This document shows, one piece after another, positions 8,701 to 18,438 of a stretch of 64,000 nucleotides of DNA. The position numbers were made by a program, and so were the translations under genes. The number at the start of each line of letters is the position of its first letter. Position 1 is the first letter of the stretch. A model generated the notes under the pieces. That model was not told where the DNA came from. It saw nothing but the letters and a program-made list of their open reading frames with translations, and did not search any database. The stretch comes from Cyanophora paradoxa CCMP329 (Eukaryota > Plantae > Glaucophyta). The stretch is taken from positions 1-64,000 of the forward strand of contig QPMI01000054.1 of the NCBI GenBank assembly GCA_004431415.1, read 5' to 3'.

Positions 8701-11201
8701 AGGGGATGGGGCGGGCGAGGGGGGTACCCTGGACGGAGGGCGGCGGGCGCTGCGAGGGCTGCGAGGGGCGGAAGGGACTGAAGGCCGAGGGGTTGCCGCT
8801 CGGGCGCCAGGAGACGTCGGAGGCGGCGGGGCTGGCGGGGGGCACGGGGGCGGGCGGGCGGCGGGGGGAGACGAGGGGCGGCCTGGGGCCGGCGTCGCCG
8901 GGCTCGTCGTCCGAGAACTCCTCGATGGGCGGCGGCGGGGCGCCGTCGAGGGAGGGGGAGGGCGGGAGGGGGTAGAACTCGTCGACGGGGGGCTCGGGCT
9001 CGAAGGTGTCCCCCGCCCCCGCCTCCACCGTCGCCGCCAGCTCCGCATCGGGCTCGCCCTCGCGCTCGCGCTCGCGCTCCAGCTCCATCGCGTACTCCTC
9101 CGCCACCTCCAGCTCGCGCGAGGCCTTCGCGTCCGCCGCCGCCGCCAGCGCGGCCTCCTCCTCCATCTCGCGCTCGGCCTCCAGCTCCTCCTCTGAGGGC
9201 AGGGTCATTCCTTTGCGCCTCTGGAACGCCCTAGGCTCAGAAATTAGGGGCGGGGAGGGCGCACCGGCCGCCTTGGGGGCCGCCGCCTCCATCTCCTCGC
9301 CGAGATCGCGCCGCGCCGCCGGGGCACCCGCCTCCTCCTCCTCGAACCGCAGGTCGATGTAGGCGGCCTTGCCCTTGCCCTTGCCCTTCGCCTGGGCCTG
9401 GGCCTGGGCCACGCGCATGGCGCGCGCGAGGCCCTCCGCCGTGATCATGCTGCCGCCGGCCCGGGCGCCCGAGGCGGAGGCCGTCGCCTCGCCGATCGCC
9501 GCCTGGAAGGCCGCGGCCATCGCCTGGCCGGCGCGCGGCAGGCTCCGCGCCCGCTCCAGCTCCTCCTCCGTGAAGTCCAGCGCCCGGGCCGCGGCGGCGG
9601 CCTCGGCCTCGCGCTCCGCCTCGGAATCCGAGTCGGAATCCGAGGACTCCGCGGCCGCGAGCATGGGGCGGGGGCGGGAGGCGGCGGCGGCGGCGGCGGC
9701 GGCCGCCTTGTCGAAGACGGGGACGAAGAAGGTGAGGGCGAGGGTGCGCCGCGGCACCACGTACTTCACGGCGCCGTGGATCATGGGCCGCCCGTGCGAG
9801 TCCGGCATCGAGCACCGGCGGATGACCTGCGAGGGGGTTTAAATGGCATCTAAATAGTCTAAATAGCATCTAAATAGCATCCAAATAGAAACGGCTGGAA
9901 ACGGCGCACCTGCACGCGGTCGCCGATGGTGACGCCGGGCACCTCGAACTCAGGAACCAGGTCGAAGGCGCAGATGCCCTGGCGCCCGTGGCGGTCCCGG
10001 CACGTCCGGCAGGCCGCCTCCAGCACGATGCGGATGGCGTAGGCGTCGGTGAGGACGCCGGTGTCCGGCCGCTCGCCCCAGACCGCCGAGCTCTCGTGGC
10101 GCGTGATGAACGCGCGGCTGTTCCGCATGATGCAGCGCGCCTCGACGCCCATGATGCCCTTCGCCAGCCTCTGCGGGCCGGCGGGGGTCGGCGGGGAGGG
10201 GCGGCCGCGGCTGCACGGGCGGCCGGGGGCGCACCTCGGGCGTGTAGGCCGGGTCCGAGCTGAGCACCAGCAGCCAGAGCAGGTGCGGGGCCGCCTCCGC
10301 CATGCGGTTGAAGTAGAACTCCTCCGGGCCCGCCAGCAGGCCAATCGTGCGCCACTCGCCCTTGGCGATGTGCCGGGGCACGGCGCCCATGAGCAGCCGC
10401 AGGCGCTGCGCCGCGAACAGCCGGCGGGCGTCGGCATCGCGCCCGGGCTTCGGCTTGCTCGGCGTGTCGAAGTTCTCCTCCGTCATGTTCAGCGCCGCGT
10501 GCATCGCCCGCACGTCCGCGTCCTGCGAGCGCGGCGGCGCCTCAGCCGCTGCGAGCCGAGCGCGCGAGGGAGAAAGAGGCAGCGAGCACCTCCGCGAGCC
10601 GCAGCCGCGACAGGACGGAGTCGATGGAGAACTGCACCGACGGGCCGGGGGCACCCTCGGCGTTCAAAGTCCGCGCCGCGGCCAGCTTGCGCTTGCGCTC
10701 GGCCAGCTCGGTCTTGCGCAGCACATCCTTGCTGTTCGGGCTGAACTGCATGCCATCCTCCAGCGCACGCGCCTGCGCCTCCTTCGCCTGGTCGCTGATA
10801 CCGGCCTCGAACACCGTCCAATCGACGCCGAAGCTGTCGCCGATGCAGAGAACGTCGTACAGCGTGTTCTTCGCCAGCTTAGCCGGGATCTCCGGAGGGA
10901 GCGCGAGCCGAGACATGCTGCTGCCGCCGATGCTGCCGCCGGTGCTGCGCGCGCTCTGCTGGGAGTGCTGCGCGCGCTGCGAAGGTTCTGGCGCCAAGGT
11001 TCCAGCCGATTTGAACGAGCGGCCTGCATTGCATCGCCGGACTGGGCAGTCAAAAAAAGCGAGAAACCGACCGGGGTTCGAGCCCAAGGGGGGTACGCAT
11101 TTTGAAGGGGGGGAGAAGCGGGCTTCAAGTCTGAGTCTTCGCGAGTTGGGAAGGGAACAAGCCAGCGGGGGTACGACGTTGAACGGAATCCGTTGAGACA
11201 T
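5723..11201 (-). CDS. Large multi-exon protein (~1,550 aa) with an SF3 (D5-like) helicase domain; start uncertain (10916-11201)
   Basis: Walker A GIIKGQSGTGKS (~7385-7415), Walker B ICMVMAE, motif C VLVIVCN, Arg-finger-like EFFARVVLI. Frame-restoring or in-frame GT-AG introns at 10523-10599, 10171-10234, 9827-9909, 8283-8323, 8170-8222, 7799-7856, 7046-7109 and 6215-6286. Confidence 0.8.
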
Positions 11202-11221
11202 CGCGGGCAGTAACACTCGCG

Positions 11222-13699
11222 ATGCAGGCGGCGACCTTCCGCTCGTGCGCGAAGCAGCAGCAGCCCGGCGAGCAGGACAGCATAGCCCGCGATCTCGGCA
11301 GCCTGTCGGCGGAGGAGGCGCTCAACGCGATGACCTGCGATAGCGTGTTCAACTCGGCCGGCGTGCCGCGCTTCGAGCCGTTCGGCGGGCTGAAGAAGAT
11401 CCAGAACACGGACGGCCACCCGAAGCGCTTGAAGACCAAGGGCCAGTTCACGCCGGTGAATAAGTTCAACGAGGTTCGCGGTTTCGCCCGCACCGCTTCG
11501 GCCCCGGCTCACATGCCCCGGCTCGCGTGCCCCGCGCGCAGATCGTGCCTTACAGCATTCACGAGCTGCCGGAGCATGTGAAGGCGAAGTACGGCTTCAC
11601 GCACGGCGATGTGGCGCTGTTGCTGATGTCCGACAATGCGGCGGCGGGCTGCTTCAACAGCATCGCGCTCCATCGCGATTTCCATCCGCGCGCGATCTTC
11701 TCCGGCACTCCGGAGCAGAAGGAGTTCCTCGCGGACCTCAAATCCGGCAGCGGCGGCGCCCACGGGGTGAGGGCCCTTCCCTGCGCTCGCGTGCCCGCGC
11801 TTGCTCACGCCCGGGCCGCCGCAGCTCTTGATCGCGCGGGATCAGTGCCTGGCGTCGGTGACGGAGAAGGAGAAGGCCAGCCCGTCCGGCCTCGGCGTTC
11901 GGTGCGATTACGTCATCGTCACCAAGCGCATCAACCCGACGTACGCCAAGAAGTACGACCTCAACTTCGTCTACGTGAAGGAGGGGCCGCCGGCCTCGCA
12001 GTACACCGTCACCGTCCAGGCCGGCATCTGCGCCGGCGAGACCATCCAAGGCGCGTACCACGGCGTCGGCACGCTCCCGTCCGGCGGCTTCTTCGACGTC
12101 GTTGATCACATGTTCCTCTCCTGCGCCGATGACATTTACGTGCGCGAGAGCCCGCCCTTTCCCCTTTCCCCTGCCCCTGCGCGCGCTAAGGTCGCGTCCG
12201 CAGGTCGGAGAGAACCCGAGCGCGGAGAGCCCGCTGGGCTACGCGTACTGGCTGGTCAGCGTGCAGAAGGTGCTCTCCTGCGCGGCCCTTCTGAAGTACG
12301 CCAGCGTCTGCGACTCCGGCATGCGGCCCCAGCTCCAGCTTCTCGTGGATCAGGGCCGGAGCGACGAGACCCGCCAGCGCCACCGCGATCTCGCGCGGAC
12401 GGCCGTGCTGAAGCTGGAGGAGGTTCTGCGCGAGGGCCACCCAAACGGGCCGGCCCGCGCCCGTGAGATCCTCTCGGCGGCCATCTCCGTGATCGTCGGC
12501 GAGCTCTCGCACACGGTCCGCCGCCGCCCCGCTTAGCCCGCCTCTCCTCCCTGACCCCGGGCCCTCGGAGCGCAGGAGGAGTCGGACGTTCTCACGGCGC
12601 GGGCGGACGAGTTCCAGCGCCAGGCGGAGAAGATCAAGTGCTGGTACGAGAAGGTGAAGAAGGCGGAGGAGACGGACCTGCGCGACTGGGGCAGCAAGAG
12701 CGGCGACGCCGAATTCGACCGCGACAAGCTCAAGCGCGTCTTCTTCTGGATGCGCATCTGCGCCAAGCTGGAGGCGCTGATGGACGAGTGGCACATCGAG
12801 GGCGTCCGTCTGGCGAAGGCGATGATCGCCATGGAGTGGGGCCACGGCCACCCGGCGCGCAAGGAGTGCAGCATGCTGGCCAAGGAGATCGGCCGCCGGG
12901 GCCGCTACATCAAGGAGGTGGCCTACGGCATCGAATGTGCGTCCGCCCCGCCCTTGGCCTGCGCCCCCGCCCTTGGCCTGCGCCCCGCGCTCTCCCCGCT
13001 CACCCCCTCTCCCGCAGTTACCATCCCGCTCGTCCAATTCTTCCAGCGCGAGTTTGTGCTGATCCAGGCCTCCATCATCAAGATCGGGTCGCTCTCCGCC
13101 AAGGAGGTGGACGAGGCAAGGGACGAGGGCCAGGCGGAGGCGGAGGCGCGCTGGGACGATGCGGCGTTCAGCGCCGTCTGGGGCGTCGGGACAACGCGCT
13201 CTCGCCCCCCGCCCCGTTCGGCTTCAGCGGGCGGCCCGCGCTGGCGTTCGACGAGCACGGCCTCCCCGAGCTGGCGGAGGCGGACGCCGTCGGCTTCAAC
13301 TGGGCGACGTTCGAGGCCCGCATCGACGAGAAGGCGAAGGAGGTGCAGATGCGGCTGCTGGAGGAGGGCCTCGTCCCGGCGCCGGTGCCCGCGCCCTTCC
13401 CCCTTCCTCTCCTCCTCGGCCCCTCTCACCGCCTCCTCCAGCCCCCGGCGTCCTCGGCTCCGGCGCCCTTGGCTCCGGCCCTCTGCCCCACCTACGGAGA
13501 GAGGTGCGCCCACGGCGCCGATTGCGCCCTCAACGGCTCCCACCTCCTGCCCGCCAAGAAGGCCCGCCTCGGCCTCTTCTCACCCCACCCTCTCAGCCCG
13601 GTGAGTGACTCTGAATCGGAGGGCTCGGAGGCCTATAGCACGCCCCGCGACCCCGACGCCCCGCCCCACAAGGCCGGCGCCTTCGGCTTCTGTGAGTGA
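11222..13699 (+). CDS. Multi-exon orphan protein, divergent from the helicase gene; may extend to ~14202
   Basis: Coding-like exons joined by GT-AG introns at 11474-11541, 11767-11824, 12140-12203, 12516-12575 and 12937-13017. Probable indel near 13185. No family recognised. Confidence 0.65.
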
Positions 13700-14256
13700 C
13701 GCCCCCGCGCAGGCCCTGCCGACGCCGCCCGTCGCCAACCGCACCGTCTTCGTCCAGGTGAGTGCCAGGGCTGCCGCGAGTGGCGGCTCGAGAACTTCTC
13801 GGCTCAGGTCCCCGCCACGCAGCAGGCCGGCGCGATCCCGGCCTCGCCGCCCGTGACCGTCGACGTCGAGGGCGGTATGTTCGAGATGGAGCTGGAGCCG
13901 GCGCCCTCGCAGGCCCTCGCCACCCAGGGCTCGGCCCCGGGCTCGCCGCCGCCGTCCCAGCCCTCCCTCCCGCTGGTGCACGCCAACTCCAACATCTTCG
14001 AGGGCTGCTGAGGGCCCTGAAACGGTGCGCGCAGGCCCGTCCCGCCCTCCCAGAGCAAGTGGTCCACAACGCCATAGTGGACGCCATGTGGGATAACAGG
14101 GGCCGCCTCCCCCACCCCTTCCGCTACGTCTCTATGGCCCTCCGCGGCCTCGCCTTCCCGCCCCCTGCACCGAGCAGCTCAACCAAATCCTGCGCGGTCT
14201 GATTCATTACAGACTCGCCTACCCGGCCTGGGCCTGAGCTACACCAAGCTACGGTG

Positions 14257-14392
14257 AGTCCGACCAAGCCCTGTCCCGGGTCCCGGAAAATTTATATTAA
14301 GATTCCAAAGACCTGGGACAGAAGTAGTCTGACCAAGAGACGTGTCCGGACCCTCCCAATAATCATATAGAGTATTGGAAAGGTCCGGACAC
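14257..14392. terminator. Twin 51-nt hairpins between convergent genes (putative 3'-end signal or protein-binding site)
   Basis: ctgtcccgggtc...gacctgggacag (14271-14321) and gtgtccggacc...ggtccggacac (14342-14392). Each is preceded by agtc(c/t)gaccaag. Confidence 0.5.
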
Positions 14393-15056
14393 TAGAGGAG
14401 GGCGTACGACTTAAACTCGCGCAGCGCCGCCTGCTCCTCGCTGAGGTTCTCTGACTTCATTCGATCGCTGTAGGGCTCGGGCGGCGTGCCCTCCTTGACG
14501 TGCATCCAAAATAGATGTAAGCACTTCCTCATGAGCTTGATGTACCTCTCGTCCCGTCTGACGTACCACGTTTGCACGCGCAGAGGAGTGAAGCAAAAAA
14601 GTTCGGCCCACTCGCGGCCCGTTATGTCCAGCAGGCCCTGGAGCTGGGGCATGTAATAAGTTGGGACCTTTTCGTAGAGTTCTTGTTTGTAGGGGCATTT
14701 TATTTCAAGTATACGATCGCTTCCAATCAGCCCGTCCGGGCTGCCGCCAGGAAGGGCAGTTCCTTATGTTCGTGCAATCCAGTATGTTGCACGTCCACGT
14801 TGTTGTTCGACGTTTTGTAGAGAGAGACCGCGAAGGGCTCATAGTCATGCCCGTAGGTTAGCGCAGGGTTGTCGAAGTTGTTTTCCTCCGCTATGCCGCT
14901 TAGCTCCGCCCAGAGGCGGGCCCTGGATTTCCAGGGATTTATGCCGCACGCAGCCGCAAAGTTCGAGGCAGTTAGCTTTTCGCGGCGCGCCGCGTGCCAC
15001 GCCGCGCTCCCCTGTTGCAAGTTCTCGCAAGTCTCGCAATCTGTATCGGTATGCAT
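14392..15056 (-). CDS. YqaJ-like viral recombinase / lambda-type exonuclease, one frameshift near 14742
   Basis: QQGSAAWHAARREKLTASNF...YGHDYEPFA...PFLAA(S)PDGLIGSDRILEIKCPY...YYMPQLQGLLDIT. All hallmark YqaJ motifs are present once one base is restored. Confidence 0.92.
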
Positions 15057-15107
15057 GACTTGGTCTCGCAGTAGCGTTTAGAATTTCTTGATGTGTGCAA
15101 TTGCAAA

Positions 15108-15804
15108 TGTCGGATGCAGAGGAAGCGCCCAAGGACGTGATCGCACAGTTCATAGATCAGGTCAAGGACCTTAGACGCTGGGTGGTAGAGCAGGCCTCGC
15201 GACCGAATCGACAGCGCCAACCCTGGCCGGTGCTGGAGCTGGCCCGGGCAGGGTGGCTGGACAGCCATTACAACTATGGCGGGCCTCATACGTCCGGAGC
15301 CACGACGAGGGCAGGATTATCGACGAGTTCAAGCGCATCTGGTTCGCCCTGGGCTCCAAGCTCAGCATACTCTCGACCCTCCCGGACCACATTCGCATGC
15401 AAATCCTCGAGCGGTACGCGAAGGCAAGGGACTCGGAATGGGACGACGTAAATTTGCGCGACCTCTCGCGCTTGCGCTCGGCTGTGACGGCGTACGTCAC
15501 GAACTATGAGTATCACACCAAAAAGCCCCAATTCGAAGTTGAGCCGATTCCGGCAAATCTGGTACCCCTGGGCTGGGAAGAGTACCCCGAGTACTCGTGG
15601 AACAGGGGCCTCAACCCCCGGCGCCAGGCCCTGCCAGCCCCGCCCGCCCCACCGATAAACGCCCCCGCCCCACGTGACGTCGGGCGAGACATACGCGAAT
15701 GGGAGGAGTGGAGCAACGACCCGAAGAACTGGCTACCCGAGGAGGCGGAGATGCGCAAGCGCGCGAGGCTGATGCCCGGCTACAAGTACCCCGACCGCGA
15801 GTAG
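15108..15804 (+). CDS. Hypothetical viral protein (~230 aa), frameshifted near 15280
   Basis: Joins ORFs 15095-15451 (MSDAEEAPKDVIAQFIDQVKDL...) and 15253-15804 (SHDEGRIIDEFKRIWFALG...). Confidence 0.5.
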
Positions 15805-15841
15805 GGGGTACAGGTAGAAATTCTCAGCGAGCCGCGAGCGA

Positions 15842-16556
15842 ATGTCGTACGGCGATCAGGAAGCATGGTTCAAGCTACACCGCCTCTTTCCTGATAAATT
15901 CGGCAATGCGCGCTACCCCCTCAACCTAATGACGCGAGTCAACCGGCGGACGAGGGACTTCAAAATCGAAGTGTTCTCTTCCTCTCCCGAGAGCGGCCGC
16001 TCCGCGGACAACGACGCTATGGCATGGCTGTACGGCTTTGTGCAGCCTCGGGTTGGTACTAGCCCGGCCACAGTCGAAATAGAGAGCTACTACAACGATT
16101 ACGGGCCGCAGGGGGGTACGGGACGCCCGAGCAGAATAACGCGATGCGGGGGTAGGCAAAATCATGCTGCGGGCGGCTGTGAACGCGCTGCAACGCTCCG
16201 GGCTCATTAGCTCGTCGGACCCGGGCCAGCACCCGTTGGAGCTCAGGGCCCTCCCAGACGCAGTGGATTACTACCAAAGGGAATTGAACCTGCGTGAGAG
16301 ACAGGTCGACTATAGGCCGTCCCTAATACCCATGGAGGGTACAGTGCAGAACATCATCGACAACACGTACAACGTGGCCGTTCGCTGGCGCAAAGCGGCG
16401 GCGGATCTCGTAAAGGGCAACTACAGGGACCTCGCAAACGAAGACAACCCCGTGGGGGAGTACATGGAGCTGGCAAGCGGGAGCATCGTACCCCGCCGGA
16501 GGCCCCCATGGCCCCACCCCGACCTCGAGTGGGGACCGTCGCACTTCGGCCAGTGA
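15842..16556 (+). CDS. GNAT-family acetyltransferase (two 1-nt deletions in G runs at ~16113 and ~16150)
   Basis: The restored sequence ...NNAMRGVGKIMLRAAVNAL...LELRALPDAVDYYQRELNL fits the GNAT acetyl-CoA-binding motif A (RGxG) and the C-terminal A..(F/Y)Y helix. Confidence 0.65.
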
Positions 16557-16769
16557 GGGGGTACAGCATTCAGTTAGAGTCTGAGCATAGTTAGAGGCCG
16601 GAGGCCCCGAGGGGTACGTCGGACGTGTTAGTCCCCGTGCCTCCCCGAATGCAATATAACAATGCAACCTCCGCAACGCGTGACTCATCAACCTCCGAGG
16701 GTTAACAATACATTGACAGCGAAGGGGCAAGCTCGAGAGCTCAACGCTTCACAAAGGCCCACATATATA

Positions 16770-16830
16770 GCTAGTAGTAGACTACTACTAGACTAGTACT
16801 AGTCTACTAGTAGTACTAGTCTAGTACTAG
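16770..16830. repeat. TAGTAC/CTAG low-complexity palindromic tract
   Basis: ctagtagtagactactactagactagtactagtctactagtagtactagtctagtactag. A similar tract lies at 2645-2730. Confidence 0.75.
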
Positions 16831-17652
16831 CACTGCCGGCGCCGCAGTGCGGCAGTGCAGCGGCACTTAGTGACTGCACTGGCAGCCCAGTGGCATGGCA
16901 GGCTCTTGACATGTGGCCACTGGCCACCGGGCCGATGAATCCCAAATTCCCATGCAAATTGATGCAATTCGTTTGAAAGAGTTTTTATTTGGGGTACAGC
17001 ATTGTTGACTTCCGGCGTCTTCCGCAAGCTATAGAGGCGGGGGCCCCGGGCTCGATCGCGAGCCTCCAGTGCCCTCCACGCTCGAGCCCGAATTGCCAGC
17101 TCGAGCCGAGCTCGAGCCGGGAGTCCGGGACCCCTCGAGCCGAAAGCCGGCCGCGGCTAGCACTCGAGCGGGTGGAGGAAGGGGGTACGTAGTGCCAGTG
17201 CCACTGTGCCAGTCTTGTATAACATCGATATATATACTAGTAACTTCGTAATATTCGGCAATTCGACGACAAACGGCACCCTCATGCATATGTGATCACA
17301 AAGCCCCACCCAGCTCGAGCCGGCGCCGGCTGATCATATATATATAATTCATGAGCTGCAGCTGTGCCCCTACGTACTAGGTCTTCGACTCGCCCCCGCC
17401 CCCGCTCGTCTCAGGAGGTGCAAGGTGGGGTCTAAAGTAGGGACGCTGGCAGAGTACAAAAAATATATAATTATATATAACTTAGTAAGTAATACTCAGC
17501 GAGCATATATACAACTAAGTATAATGCTAGGCGTAGGCGGCTAGGCCTGGGCCTGCGCGCAGCGCCGCCCGGCGGCCGCCCACAGTGCCTCCGCCCCGCC
17601 CGGCGAACTGCACCGCCGCCTGCACCTCCGCCCCGCGGGCCGGTGCCAGGAG

Positions 17653-17830
17653 AGCTGCGCCGCCGCCTGCCGAGCCGCGCCGCCGCCTGCCGAGCCGCGC
17701 CGCCGCCTGCCGAGCCGCGCCGCCGCCTGCAGAGCCGCGCCGCCGCCTGCCGAGCCGCGCCGCCGGCCGGCTGAGCCGCGCCGCCGGCCGGCCGATCATG
17801 AGCTGAGCTGCCACGCGCGCGTCGCGCCTC
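17653..17830 (+). repeat. 20-bp minisatellite (GCCGCCTGCCGAGCCGCGCC, ~6-7 units) plus unique tail
   Basis: Tandem units are directly visible. Positions 17781-17830 are identical to 29041-29090. Confidence 0.9.
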
Positions 17831-17831
17831 A

Positions 17832-18437
17832 CAGAACGGCAAGAGGCACGCGGCCTCATCGTTCGAGCGCGACCCGCTCCACGTCTGGCCGCACTTCCGG
17901 CGCGCCCCCTACATTCACGTCTACATTCCCAACGCGGAACACCACGCGGACTTCCTGACGCGCTGCCTCGGCGAGCGTGGCGACGCGATGGAGACGGCGT
18001 ACCCCCATGCTCGAGAAGCCTTGAAGGTGCTGGGCGGGGCGGTCCTCGTCCCCTATTTTCAGTACCCGTGCACGGACTGCGCGGGTACAAGCGACGAGGC
18101 CCGGGCGGAGGCGCTCTACTGCACAGAGCACAACCTGCCACTCCACCATCCCACCAACAACCGCCCCTGCCCCGCGAAGCGAAGCCAAGTAGCAGCGGCC
18201 AGGGCCGCCGAGGCGGCCGAGCAGCAGGCCCAACGGGCCGAAGTTCGGAAGCAGTGGCAAACCCCGGCGCAGATCGCGTTGGCGGACGCGGCGCGGGCGA
18301 ACGCCGAACGGCAGCGCAAGCAGGACGAGGACCGCGGCGAGGTGGCAGCTCGGGCCCGCCAGCGCCTAGAAGAACGGATGCAAGGCAGCCGGCCTGGCGG
18401 TGCGGGACCCAGCTTCAAGCGCAACCGCAGTGGCTGA
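17832..18437 (+). CDS. C-terminal part of retrotransposon ORF1 (Cys/His knuckle-like motif plus coiled coil)
   Basis: Frame is open from the junction (QNGKRHAASSFERDPLHVWPHF...) through CTDC...H...C to the stop at 18437. Confidence 0.55.
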   Translation, partial: QNGKRHAASSFERDPLHVWPHFRRAPYIHVYIPNAEHHADFLTRCLGERGDAMETAYPHAREALKVLGGAVLVPYFQYPCTDCAGTSDEARAEALYCTEHNLPLHHPTNNRPCPAKRSQVAAARAAEAAEQQAQRAEVRKQWQTPAQIALADAARANAERQRKQDEDRGEVAARARQRLEERMQGSRPGGAGPSFKRNRSG

Positions 18438-18438
18438 C

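Larger units (their letters stand above)
1..16830. mobile_element. Endogenous DNA-virus-like segment (Nucleocytoviricota-related, possibly a small mriyavirus-like genome); left end lies outside the window
   Basis: Dense gene block with an SSB, SF3 helicase, YqaJ exonuclease, DUF5767-like ORF and several small TM ORFs, and no housekeeping genes. It has its own repeated regulatory modules. The right boundary is approximate, set at the TAGTAC-rich tract at 16770-16830. Confidence 0.75.

Noticed and set aside
1-16830. Canonical Polinton/Maverick or bacterial prophage
   Set aside because: No pPolB, rve integrase, terminase, portal or tail genes are seen, and spliceosomal introns exclude a bacterial origin. 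A PLV cannot be fully excluded without the upstream sequence.
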